58,733 bases of DNA, taken from positions 1-58,733 of IMG/VR virus record IMGVR_UViG_3300046792_000073. One strand, 5' to 3'. The position numbers and the translations under genes are program-made. Below are positions 9,676-18,863 of the stretch, in pieces. The notes beneath the pieces were generated by a model that was not told the origin of the DNA, made no database searches, and saw only the letters and a list, made by a program, of their open reading frames with translations. Positions within the stretch are counted from its first letter, which is position 1. Each line of letters opens with the position of its first letter. Origin of the DNA: a virus (lineage: Duplodnaviria > Caudoviricetes).

Positions 9676-11484
9676 GTGATCATCCGCACGGTTCAGGCCG
9701 GCGCCGGCGGTACGACCACGAGCAGCACCCGCGCCCCCGGCGTGCCGGCGGGGACCGCCGTGGGCGACATGCTGCTGCTGTCGGCGTGCTGGTCGGGGTC
9801 CACGGTCACGATCACCGACCCGGCCGGGTGGACGCTGATCTACCACCCCACCACGAGCCAGCAGACCAACGACAACGAGGCGCTGTACGCGCGGATCGCC
9901 GACGGTTCCGCCACCGACTCACCGACGCTGACCCTGTCGGTGGCGGCGACGTTCATCGCCACCTGCACCTCGATCGGCGGGCACAACGGGGTCCTCCCGG
10001 TGGCCGGCACGACCGCAGCAGTGCAACTGGGCGGAACCGCCTCGACGACGATCACCTACCCGGCGATCACCCCGGCCACGGCCGCCGACGTGCTGCTGTA
10101 CTTCACCGGCCTGCGGCCGACGACCGCCTCGACGCAGGTCACGATCGTCCAGCCGTCCGGCGGCGGCGGCACCGGGGGCGCCCTGACCACCCAGGTTGAC
10201 GGGTGCACCAACGTGTCGGGGTCCGCCGAGTCCGAGCAGGCGGTGATCTCCCAGCAGTTGACCGCCGCGACCTCGGTCACATCCCAGACCGCCACCGTTT
10301 CGACGACCGTGTCGAGCGTGGTCATCGCCGTTGTGATCACCCCGGGGGCGGCGACGTCAGTCAACCCGCTCGCGCCGCCGTGGTTCAACCCTGGGATGGC
10401 CCGCGTGTTCGGGCCGGCCCGGCCGTTCTACGTCCCGCCGGCCGCCGACTACGCCACCGCCCAGACGTTCGCCGGGACCGCCGGCCTGGCCTGGGACACG
10501 TCCCTGTCGGCGCCGGCGGTGGAGGCGGCCCCGGCGGTCCTGCTGCCCGGCACATCGCTGACGGGGCCAGCGGCCGAGCTTGCCCCGGCGACCCTCGCAG
10601 CGGCCATGACCATCGGCGACGCCGGACTGCTCGCCGGGCCGGCGTCGCTGCTGGTCGCCGGCGCCCTCGCCGCGACCGGCGGCGGCCCGGCCGGCGCCAC
10701 CCTGACCGCCGGGTTCACGATCACCACGGCCGGGATCCTGCTCGCCCCCGCATCGCTGGCCGCGAGCTTCACCGTGTCGGACTCGGCGGTACAGGACGCC
10801 CCCGCCGTCCTCGCCGCCACCGGGACCCTGGCCGGCCCGGTGTCCGCCCTGCTCGCCCCCGCCACCCTGGCGGCCGGATTCGCGATCAGCGATTCCGGGC
10901 TGCTGCTCGCCCCGGCCACCCTGGCCGCGAGCTTCGCCCTCACCGGCAAGGCCACCGAGCAGGCCGGCGTCACCCTGGCCGCCCAGGTGACCCTGGCCGA
11001 TGCGGCGGTGCAGCTTGCGGTCGCGTCCCTGGCCGCCGCCACGTCCCTGGCCGGCGGTACCGGCGCTGTAGGCGCGGCCACCCTCACGGCAACCTCGGCT
11101 GTCAACGCGCCCTTGACGGCCCAGCTTGCCCCGGCGGCCCTCGCGGTCACGGCAAGCCTGACGTCCCCCGGCGCCCGTCAGGCCGCCGTGGCGTCCCTGG
11201 CCGTTGCCGCCGTCCTGGCGGCCAGCAGCCGGCAATTCTCGGCCGCGACACTGCTGCTCGCCGCGTCGATCGCCGCCACGGGCGGCGGTCCTATTACAGT
11301 GATCTATGGAACCGCGACGATAGGCGCGGGTCCGCTCCCCGGCGGTGTGCCAGGCGCCGGAACCGGTGCCGTCGATGTTCCCGGCGGCTCGGCCGCCGGC
11401 GCGGCGCCGGGGAGCGGCCGCACCATCGCTGCGACTGCCGGCGCAGGTTCCTCCGATGTGGTCATCCCCGGAGGACTGTCGTAA
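9676..11484 (+). CDS. Ala/Thr-rich virion fibre or decoration protein
   Basis: N-terminal PAGT.VGD.LL...PAGWTL domain, then repeated (L)APATLAAxF/T units. Confidence 0.75.
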   Translation: MIIRTVQAGAGGTTTSSTRAPGVPAGTAVGDMLLLSACWSGSTVTITDPAGWTLIYHPTTSQQTNDNEALYARIADGSATDSPTLTLSVAATFIATCTSIGGHNGVLPVAGTTAAVQLGGTASTTITYPAITPATAADVLLYFTGLRPTTASTQVTIVQPSGGGGTGGALTTQVDGCTNVSGSAESEQAVISQQLTAATSVTSQTATVSTTVSSVVIAVVITPGAATSVNPLAPPWFNPGMARVFGPARPFYVPPAADYATAQTFAGTAGLAWDTSLSAPAVEAAPAVLLPGTSLTGPAAELAPATLAAAMTIGDAGLLAGPASLLVAGALAATGGGPAGATLTAGFTITTAGILLAPASLAASFTVSDSAVQDAPAVLAATGTLAGPVSALLAPATLAAGFAISDSGLLLAPATLAASFALTGKATEQAGVTLAAQVTLADAAVQLAVASLAAATSLAGGTGAVGAATLTATSAVNAPLTAQLAPAALAVTASLTSPGARQAAVASLAVAAVLAASSRQFSAATLLLAASIAATGGGPITVIYGTATIGAGPLPGGVPGAGTGAVDVPGGSAAGAAPGSGRTIAATAGAGSSDVVIPGGLS

Positions 11485-12315
11485 ATGGCCGTCGATGTCG
11501 GCACCGTCTACACCGCCACCCTGGCGATCACGGACGCCACCACGGGCCAGCCCGTATCACCGGTCACCGCCACGCTGACAGTCACCCGCCCGGACCAGAC
11601 CGTCGCCACGCCGACGGTTCCGCTGCCGCCAGCGCAAACCGGGCTGCTCGCCGTCCCGTACACGCTCGACCAGGAGGGGCTGACCAAGTTCGCGTGGGCC
11701 GGCACCCTCCCCGGCGGTGCCGCGTTCCCGCCCAAGATCGACTATGTCAACGCGCGGGCCTACGCCTCGGTGCTGTCGCTGGCCGACGCGCAGGACATCC
11801 TCGGCGTCACCGACCCTAAGCAGGTCGAGCGGATCCGCACCCTGGCGAGTGTGGCGACCCGGTACGCCGAGGGGATCGTCGGCGTCCTGGTCCCCCGGGC
11901 GTTCACCGCGGCGTGGGTGCCGGGGGAGTTCCGGCCGGTCCTGGCGGTGCCCAAGGGGCCGATCCTCACCACAAGCTCGGTCACGGCCGTCCGGTCGGTG
12001 TACGGCAACGGGCCAAGCTGGACCACAACTGACCTGGTGGTCAACACCCGGCCGGGGACGATCCGGCTCAAGTCGCTGATCGATTTCTGGTACGGGCCGT
12101 GGACGGTGGACTACACCGCCGGCGTGCAGATCGTCCACGAGGACATCGAGGAAGCGGTCCGCGAGATCCTGCGCGACCTGTACATCCCGTTCCGGGGCCT
12201 GTCGGTGGATATCGCCGAGCAGGCGCAAGAGGGGCTGAATATCAGCCCGTTCTACCGCGCCCCCGCGAGGGCGCAGATGCTGCTCGACCAACACGCCCTG
12301 CCCGGGTTCGGGTGA
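11485..12315 (+). CDS. Head-to-tail adaptor with N-terminal Ig-like extension
   Basis: LSLADAQDILG...ATRYAEGIVG, VDYTAG, DIEEAV...LY pattern of gp6/gp15-like connectors. Confidence 0.75.
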   Translation: MAVDVGTVYTATLAITDATTGQPVSPVTATLTVTRPDQTVATPTVPLPPAQTGLLAVPYTLDQEGLTKFAWAGTLPGGAAFPPKIDYVNARAYASVLSLADAQDILGVTDPKQVERIRTLASVATRYAEGIVGVLVPRAFTAAWVPGEFRPVLAVPKGPILTTSSVTAVRSVYGNGPSWTTTDLVVNTRPGTIRLKSLIDFWYGPWTVDYTAGVQIVHEDIEEAVREILRDLYIPFRGLSVDIAEQAQEGLNISPFYRAPARAQMLLDQHALPGFG

Positions 12316-12331
12316 GAGAGGACAACCGGCC

Positions 12332-12886
12332 ATGACCAGCACGCAGGTCCGGGTGCAGTCGCAGGCGTCCGCGCCTACCGGCGGTGCCGTCGCCGCCGTC
12401 GGCACCGGCGGCACGTTCGCCGCCGCAACGTATTTCTGGAAGCTCACCCGGCGGACCGTATTCGGCGAGTCGCCGGGCTCGACGGAGGTCACCGTCGCGA
12501 TCGCACTCAACGGGTCCGCCAACCTGACCTGGACCCTGCCGCCGGCCGGGACCGTCGGGATCCGCATCTACCGGGGCACGGTCACCAACACTGAGAACGT
12601 CCTGGTCGGCGAGGTCGCCGGCAACGTAACAGCGTTCACCGACACCGGCGGGTCGCTGCAAGCCGGGACCCCGCCGGCCGCGCCGTCGGCGTTCGCCAAC
12701 GCCACCTTTGACGCTGCGGCCCGGACCGCCAAGTCCACGACGGCCCTGTCCGGGCTGGCCCCCGGGCAACTGCACCAGGCGCTGCGGGCGATCAACCTGT
12801 GGCACAACTTCCCCACCGACCCGGCGTTCACCGGGCAGGCGTCCAAGATGCTCGCCGCGGTCGGCCTGGCGATACAGGAGGTCTAG
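12332..12886 (+). CDS. Virion protein: Fn3-like domain plus C-terminal WHN...IQEV domain
   Basis: TYFW...GES..S, LTW, IRIYRGT, FTDTG Fn3-like pattern; RBS gagagagga. Confidence 0.7.
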   Translation: MTSTQVRVQSQASAPTGGAVAAVGTGGTFAAATYFWKLTRRTVFGESPGSTEVTVAIALNGSANLTWTLPPAGTVGIRIYRGTVTNTENVLVGEVAGNVTAFTDTGGSLQAGTPPAAPSAFANATFDAAARTAKSTTALSGLAPGQLHQALRAINLWHNFPTDPAFTGQASKMLAAVGLAIQEV

Positions 12887-12889
12887 ACG

Positions 12890-13126
12890 ATGGCGACACA
12901 GATCAAGCCCAAGACCAGCGGGTCGTTCACCACGATCACCGTGACCTCGACGGGGCTCGCGTCCGATTCCTCGACCGGGATGCCGTCGGCGTCGGCGGGG
13001 ACCGGCCTGGTGCACGCCGCGCTGCGGGCGTGCAACGAATGGCACAACACGCCGTCGAACACGACGAACACGGCACGCGCGGCCAAGATCGCCAGCGCGG
13101 CCGGGATCTCGATACAGGAGGTCTGA
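12890..13126 (+). CDS. Small paralog of the preceding gene's C-terminal domain
   Basis: HAALRACNEWHN...IQEV versus HQALRAINLWHN...IQEV; RBS aggagg. Confidence 0.75.
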   Translation: MATQIKPKTSGSFTTITVTSTGLASDSSTGMPSASAGTGLVHAALRACNEWHNTPSNTTNTARAAKIASAAGISIQEV

Positions 13127-13129
13127 CCG

Positions 13130-13624
13130 GTGGCCTGGTCGTCGAGCGTCGATCCGGTGATCAACGCCCTGCTGGCGATCTTGCCCGCGTGGCCGGACCT
13201 GGCCGGGGTGGCGATCCGCGACGGCCAGCAAACCCCCGACGTGTCCGCGACGGGGGCGGTGTTCATCGGCGACACCCAGCAGCTTGACGACGCCGGCCAG
13301 CCCGTCGAGAACGCCGCCGACTACCTCGCCCAGTCCGAGGGCCTGGGCGGGAACCGGTCCCGGGAGCAGTTCTCGATTCACTGCTGCGCGGCGTTCCTCG
13401 ACACCAACGGCAGCTACGGGAACGCCCGCAAGCAGGCGTATGCGCTGGCGAACGCCGCCGGCGCGGCGATCGAGGCGCATTCCAACGGGCTGCCGGTCAA
13501 CGGGTCCAACACGATCCAGGGCCAGGCGGGGATGTCCGGCGGGTCGCTCAAGTACGTCAAGACCGACGCCGGCGTCAAGGCCGTCGTCCTGTTCGACGTC
13601 GATGTGACGTCCTACACCCCCTAA
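13130..13624 (+). CDS. Putative tail terminator / neck protein
   Basis: Size, position and GVAIRDG...VFIG...SREQFSIHC pattern. Confidence 0.6.
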   Translation: MAWSSSVDPVINALLAILPAWPDLAGVAIRDGQQTPDVSATGAVFIGDTQQLDDAGQPVENAADYLAQSEGLGGNRSREQFSIHCCAAFLDTNGSYGNARKQAYALANAAGAAIEAHSNGLPVNGSNTIQGQAGMSGGSLKYVKTDAGVKAVVLFDVDVTSYTP

Positions 13625-13644
13625 CAGGAAGGGAATCCCGCACC

Positions 13645-13986
13645 ATGGCTACCTACGTTGCGCAATCCCCCGGCCACGCGGGATTGCAGCCGACCTGGGT
13701 CACCCCGGCAGTGTCCGGGGACCTGGCGCCGACCGGCGCCGCGATGTACCTGGTCGTGTTCAACGGCTCGGTGTCGTCGATCACGGTGACGCTGCCGTTC
13801 GCCCCGACCTACGACGGCCAGGGGGTCTCGTCGAGGACGGTCAACGTGCCCGCCTCGACGCTGGCCGCCCCCGCTCCGGTGTTCATCCCGCTGCCCGACG
13901 GCGTGTATGGCGTCGGCACGACGGCGGTCAACTTCTCTGCCGTGACCACGGTCTCGGTGTGCGTGCTGCGGGTGTCGGCGTCATGA
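13645..13986 (+). CDS. Small structural protein
   Basis: RBS aggaaggg; LVVFNG..SITVT beta-sandwich pattern. Confidence 0.7.
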   Translation: MATYVAQSPGHAGLQPTWVTPAVSGDLAPTGAAMYLVVFNGSVSSITVTLPFAPTYDGQGVSSRTVNVPASTLAAPAPVFIPLPDGVYGVGTTAVNFSAVTTVSVCVLRVSAS

Positions 13987-14234
13987 CCCGCGTGTGGCAT
14001 CCGGGGATCGAGGCCGAGGGCGGCCCGGCGTTCGCCGACGTGGACCCGTCAGCGGTCGGGGTCATGCGCAACGCCGGGTGGATGCTCGCGTCCGAGCGCG
14101 ACGAGCACGTTGACCGGGTCGCCGCGCACCCGTCACAGAACCGGCCCGACGGCGACGCCGACGGCGACTCGCCCAAGGCAAAGCGCCCCGCACGGGGCCA
14201 GAGCGCCGGCCAGTCCGGCAGTGAGGGGAGTTGA
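13983..14234 (+). CDS. Hypothetical protein
   Basis: ATGA overlap; HP...GW pattern common just upstream of actinophage tail tube genes. Confidence 0.6.
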   Translation: MTRVWHPGIEAEGGPAFADVDPSAVGVMRNAGWMLASERDEHVDRVAAHPSQNRPDGDADGDSPKAKRPARGQSAGQSGSEGS

Positions 14235-14240
14235 TCACCG

Positions 14241-14720
14241 ATGCCGGCGGCACCGCTGACCCCAACTAACCGGTACTTCCCGCCGGGCAAGCGCAAGGTG
14301 TACTGGCTGACCACCTGCGCGAACTACAACGCGCCGACCCGCACCGAGTTGAACGCGGGCACTGACCTGTCGGCCGAGGTCGCGGCGATGGCCGGGTTCA
14401 GCCTGACCGACAACCCCGTCGATACCCCCGACATGGGGTCGCGGTTCACGTCGCAGGTGCCGGGCCGGCAGACCGCCGCCGGGTCGTCGATCACCTGCTA
14501 CTGCGACACCGTCGGCAACGACGCCCGGTCGCTGCTGACCAACAACGCGGCCGGGTTCGTGGTCTGCCTGTGGGAGGGCGACGTGACCGGCCAGTTCATG
14601 GACGTGTTCCCCGCCAAGGTTGACAGCCAGGCGATGGACACGACCGTCGATGACCCGGGGCAGTGCGTGTTCTCCTTCACGATCACGCGCGTGCCGGCGA
14701 TCCGGGTCCTGATCCCGTAG
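14241..14720 (+). CDS. Major tail (tube) protein
   Basis: APTRTELNAGTDLS, VDTPDMGSRFTSQVPGR, DVFP motifs of Streptomyces/actinophage tail tube proteins. Confidence 0.88.
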   Translation: MPAAPLTPTNRYFPPGKRKVYWLTTCANYNAPTRTELNAGTDLSAEVAAMAGFSLTDNPVDTPDMGSRFTSQVPGRQTAAGSSITCYCDTVGNDARSLLTNNAAGFVVCLWEGDVTGQFMDVFPAKVDSQAMDTTVDDPGQCVFSFTITRVPAIRVLIP

Positions 14721-14722
14721 CC

Positions 14723-15256
14723 GTGCCGGTCGCCTCGGCGTTCGGCCTTGAGCCGGTATCGGCGACCTCACTGCGGGAGGTCGCCGGCCGGCTCCGGCGC
14801 ATGTCTGACCGGAAGGCGGCTGCGGAGTTCCGCCGGGAACTGCGGGCGGCGGCGGCGCCGCTGGTGCCGGCGGTGCGGGCGTCGATCGCCGCGATCCCGG
14901 CCAAGACCGGCCGGGTGCGCCGGCCGGGCGGGTCGCTGCGCTCGACGATGCAGAAGGCGACGAAACTGTATGTTCGCACGACCGGGCCGCTGACCGGCGT
15001 CGTGGTCATGGTCGATGGGCGGAAGATGCCCGCCGGGATGCGGCGCATTCCGGCGTATGAGGAAGGGACGCTGCCCCGGTGGCGGCACCCGACCTTCGGG
15101 CACACCGGCCCTAACCAGTGGGTGCAGCAACCCGCTCACCCCTACTTTTACCGGACGGTCCGGCCCCTCGGCGTCGCGTCGAGGGTCGCTGTGGGCCGGG
15201 TGATGACCCGCGTCGGCGAGGACGTCACAGGAGGGAGACCGATCATCAGTGTCTGA
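14723..15256 (+). CDS. HK97 gp10-like tail completion protein
   Basis: Basic protein with LR....RRELRAAAAP, GSLR, RHPTFG, WVQQPAHPYF. Confidence 0.65.
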   Translation: MPVASAFGLEPVSATSLREVAGRLRRMSDRKAAAEFRRELRAAAAPLVPAVRASIAAIPAKTGRVRRPGGSLRSTMQKATKLYVRTTGPLTGVVVMVDGRKMPAGMRRIPAYEEGTLPRWRHPTFGHTGPNQWVQQPAHPYFYRTVRPLGVASRVAVGRVMTRVGEDVTGGRPIISV

Positions 15257-15698
15257 CGAGATCCTCGGCCGTGAGGCGTTCCTCGCCCACGCCGGCGAAC
15301 TGCCCACCGAGAAAGTTGTGATCGAGGGATGGGGGACGGCGATCATCCAGGGCCTGTCGGCCGCCGCCCGCGACAGCTACGAGGCGTCGGTGGTGGTGCT
15401 GCGCCGTGGGAAGGGCGGCCGGACCGAGGAAGGCCGCGATTTTGACAACGTCCGCGCCAAGCTCGTGGTTCGGTGCCTGATCGGCACCGACGGCCGTCCC
15501 CTGTTCGGCGCCCACGAGTACGACCTCGTCGGCCAGTTGCCGGCGATGGTCATCGACAAGCTGTGGGAGGCCGCGACCCGCCTGTCGGGGATGACCGAGG
15601 AAGACATCGAGGAACTGGCCGGGGATTTTCCCGAAACCCCGCCCGAGCGTTCCGGTTCGCCCTCGCCCTCGCCCTCGGCTGCACCGTCGCCGAGCTAA
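15249..15698 (+). CDS. Tail assembly chaperone
   Basis: GLSAAARDSYE, LVVRCL..DG.PLF, RLSGM motifs; upstream of the tape measure. Confidence 0.88.
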   Translation: MSDEILGREAFLAHAGELPTEKVVIEGWGTAIIQGLSAAARDSYEASVVVLRRGKGGRTEEGRDFDNVRAKLVVRCLIGTDGRPLFGAHEYDLVGQLPAMVIDKLWEAATRLSGMTEEDIEELAGDFPETPPERSGSPSPSPSAAPSPS

Positions 15699-15817
15699 CC
15701 GCCCGGCTGGGCGCCCGCGAGTTCGACCAGTGGCAGGCATATGACCTGTTCCTGGCCAGGCAGCGCAAGAACGGCCCCGGGAAACCGGACCCGGACACGA
15801 GAGGACTAGGCGGCTAA
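15623..15817 (+). CDS. -1 frameshift extension of the tail assembly chaperone (G/GT type)
   Basis: Slippery G GAT TTT at 15623-15629; -1 frame reads FRFALALALGCTVAEL...EFDQWQAY to the stop at 15817. Confidence 0.82.
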   Translation, partial: GFSRNPARAFRFALALALGCTVAELTARLGAREFDQWQAYDLFLARQRKNGPGKPDPDTRGLGG

Positions 15818-15820
15818 CCG

Positions 15821-18800
15821 ATGGCCACGATCGCCCGCGTCATGTACGACGTAGTTGCCAGGGATGGCGCTAGCCGTACGTTCCGGCGCATCGGCGATGA
15901 CGCCACCTTCGCCGAGGGGCGGGTGGCCCGGTTCGGCCGGACGTTCGCCGTCGCCGGCGGCGTGGTAGCTGCGGCTGCTGTCGCCGTCGGCGTCGAGTCG
16001 GTGCGGATGGCGACCACTTTCCAGGCGCAGATGACCCGCATCCAGACCCAGGCCGGCGGGTCCGCGCGGGACGTCAAGGTCCTCACCGGGGCTGTCCTGG
16101 GTTTGTCGTCGAGGCGGGCGCAGCAGTCGCCGCAGATGCTCGCCCAGGCGCTGTACCACCTCAAGTCGGTCGGCATGGACAACGTCCACGCCATGACCGC
16201 GCTGCGGTCCGCGTCGGACCTGGCGGCCGTCGGCGGCGCCAACCTTGAGGACACGACCAACGCCCTGGCGGGGGCGTGGCGGTCAGGGATCAAGGGCGCC
16301 CAGTCGTTCGGGAAGACGGCGGCGACGGTGAACGCCATCATCGGCGCCGGCAACATGACCATGACCGATTTCGTCGGGTCGCTGACCTCGGGCATCCTCC
16401 CGGCCGCGCGCACATTCGGGGTGTCGCTGCGGTCGGTGGGGGCGGCGATGGCCCTGATGACCGACGAGGGCATCCCCGCCGAGGTCGCCGCGACCCGGCT
16501 GCGGATGACCTTGTCGCTGCTCGGCGCCCCGTCGGCCAAGGCGCAGGCGCAACTCAAGGCGATCGGCCTGTCCTCGACGTCGCTGGCGAACGCGATGCGC
16601 TCACCCGGGGGCCTGGTCGCCGCCGTGGGCCTGCTCAAGACCCACCTGGACAACTCGGGCCTGTCGGCGACCAAGGCCGCCCAGTTGATCAGCAACGCGT
16701 TCGGCGGCGGCCGGTCCAGCGCGGCGATCATGACCCTGCTCAATAACTACAGCGTGCTTGAGCGCAAGCAGAATCAGATCAATAACACGATCGGCCGGTA
16801 CGGTGCCGCGGTCGCCGCGCAGCGCAAAACCGCCGGCGCCGAGTTTGAGCGGCTGCGGGCGATCATCGACACGGTCGGGATCAGGATCGGCCTGGCCCTG
16901 CTGCCGCCGGTCACGTCGTTTGTGTCGTGGATCGTGAACAGGGCGATCCCGGCGGTGGGCCGGTTCGGGTCCCGGGTCGGGCAGGTGTTCGACCAGGTGA
17001 TCCCGATCGGCACGATCAAGCGGGACTGGCAGGACGTGCTGCAGTTCCTCGGCTTGTCCAAGCCCAGGCCGGTCAAGCTGGTGACCGGCGACCTGCTGCA
17101 CCTGCCCAAGGCGGCGCCGCTGTTCGCCGGGGATCTGCTGCACCCGCAGCCGTTCCATTTCAACGACGCCAACCTGTTCCACCCGCTGCCCAAGTCGGCC
17201 GGTGCCGGGCTGGCGTCGTCGATCGCTTCGGTGCTGCACGGGCCGGCGGTCGGCAACGCCCTGGGGACGGCACTGGGGGACGCGTTCGCGTCGGTCGCGA
17301 CCCACGCCGCCATGATCACGTCCAAGCTGGTGACCGCGCTCGCCGGCCTGGACTGGACCACGATCGGCAAAACGGTCGGGTCGCAGGCGCTCGGGTTCGG
17401 TATCGGCCTGATCGCCGGGTTCGGCAACGACCTGTTCTCGGTGACCTGGTGGAAAAAGCATTGGTGGGACGCGATCCTCACCGTCCTGACGGTGTCGGCG
17501 GTCGGGAAGTTCGCCGGCCCCCTTGAGCGGATCTTCGCTAAGATCCCGATCCTGCGGTCGTTTACCCCGTTGCTGCGGGGGATCGAGAAGCTGACCGGGC
17601 CGATGAACAAGGCGATCGGGAAGGTCGTCGAGGCGGTCGGTAACGGGCTGATCGACGGGTTCACCAAGACATTCCCCACCGCGGCTAAGTGGCTGACCCG
17701 CGAGGGTGGCCTGCTGACCACCCGCCTCGGCGTGATGGGGATCCAGATGTTCGACCGGTCGCTGTCCGCCGGCCGGGGGATTCTGCGCGGCATCGAGTCC
17801 GGCACGTCGGGGCTGGTGCAGGTGGTCCTCGGGGTGATCCGGCGGATCGTGTCCCCGTTCCGGGGCGCGGCCGGGTGGCTGGTCAGGCCTGGGATGGATG
17901 TGGTCCGGGGGCTGCTCACCGGGATCCGCCGGTTCATGGGCGGCATCGGCACCTGGGTCAAGGGGAACATCGTTGACCCGCTGGTCAACGCGGTCAAGCA
18001 TTTCTTCGGGATCAAGTCGCCGTCCACGGTGATGGCCGGCATCGGCGGCCACCTGATCGGCGGCCTGCTCAAGGGGATGGTCGCCGGGTCGGCCGGGCTG
18101 GTGCATGCGGTGTTCGGGTCGTTCCCGGGGGCGCTGGCACACCTGGTCGACAAGTCGCTGGTGTCGATCGCGTCCCTGCCGGGGCGTGCGCTGCGCGCCC
18201 TGGGCGGCCTGGGGGGGAAGCTCGGGCACCTGCTCGGCGGCCTGTTCGGCGGCGGCGGGGGCACCCCGGGCGGGTCGGGGGTGGCCCGGTGGGGCTCGAC
18301 GGTCCTCAAGGTGCTGGGGATGCTGGGCTTGCCGTCGTCCTACCTGGGGGCGTGGCTGCGCCAGATCGCCACCGAATCCGGTGGCAACCCGAGGGCGATC
18401 AACCTGACCGACTCCAACGCCGCCGCCGGGCATCCGAGCATGGGCGTCCTGCAAACGATCATCTCGACGTTCAACGCCTACGCCGGCCCGTTCCGGGGCC
18501 TGGGCCCGTTCAACGGGCTCGCCGACATCTACGCCGGGATCAACTACGCGACGCACAGGTACGGCCGGCTCGGGCAGTTGGCCGTCATCGGGCACGGTCA
18601 CGGGTACTGGCAGGGCGGCCCGATCACCGAGCCGATCTGGGGGATCGGGCGTTCCGGGCGGTCCTACAGCTTCGGGGAGGGCGGGTTGCAGGAATGGGTG
18701 TCCCGTGGCCGCCCCGGCGGTCACGGTGTCAATGGTGGCTTGACGTCCGGCGGGCCGCTGGTCCACGTCGCGCAGATGGTGGTCCAGGACGCCACCGACG

Positions 18801-18859
18801 CCGACCTGGTCGCGCGCAAGCTCGCGTTCCGCGTCTACGCCGCCGGCCTGGGGTCGTGA
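15821..18859 (+). CDS. Tape measure protein with C-terminal lytic transglycosylase domain
   Basis: 1012 aa, Ala/Gly-rich helical; FGIKSPS; ESGGNPRAINLTDSNA...SMGVLQ SLT-like motif. Confidence 0.95.
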   Translation: MATIARVMYDVVARDGASRTFRRIGDDATFAEGRVARFGRTFAVAGGVVAAAAVAVGVESVRMATTFQAQMTRIQTQAGGSARDVKVLTGAVLGLSSRRAQQSPQMLAQALYHLKSVGMDNVHAMTALRSASDLAAVGGANLEDTTNALAGAWRSGIKGAQSFGKTAATVNAIIGAGNMTMTDFVGSLTSGILPAARTFGVSLRSVGAAMALMTDEGIPAEVAATRLRMTLSLLGAPSAKAQAQLKAIGLSSTSLANAMRSPGGLVAAVGLLKTHLDNSGLSATKAAQLISNAFGGGRSSAAIMTLLNNYSVLERKQNQINNTIGRYGAAVAAQRKTAGAEFERLRAIIDTVGIRIGLALLPPVTSFVSWIVNRAIPAVGRFGSRVGQVFDQVIPIGTIKRDWQDVLQFLGLSKPRPVKLVTGDLLHLPKAAPLFAGDLLHPQPFHFNDANLFHPLPKSAGAGLASSIASVLHGPAVGNALGTALGDAFASVATHAAMITSKLVTALAGLDWTTIGKTVGSQALGFGIGLIAGFGNDLFSVTWWKKHWWDAILTVLTVSAVGKFAGPLERIFAKIPILRSFTPLLRGIEKLTGPMNKAIGKVVEAVGNGLIDGFTKTFPTAAKWLTREGGLLTTRLGVMGIQMFDRSLSAGRGILRGIESGTSGLVQVVLGVIRRIVSPFRGAAGWLVRPGMDVVRGLLTGIRRFMGGIGTWVKGNIVDPLVNAVKHFFGIKSPSTVMAGIGGHLIGGLLKGMVAGSAGLVHAVFGSFPGALAHLVDKSLVSIASLPGRALRALGGLGGKLGHLLGGLFGGGGGTPGGSGVARWGSTVLKVLGMLGLPSSYLGAWLRQIATESGGNPRAINLTDSNAAAGHPSMGVLQTIISTFNAYAGPFRGLGPFNGLADIYAGINYATHRYGRLGQLAVIGHGHGYWQGGPITEPIWGIGRSGRSYSFGEGGLQEWVSRGRPGGHGVNGGLTSGGPLVHVAQMVVQDATDADLVARKLAFRVYAAGLGS

Positions 18860-18863
18860 CGTC

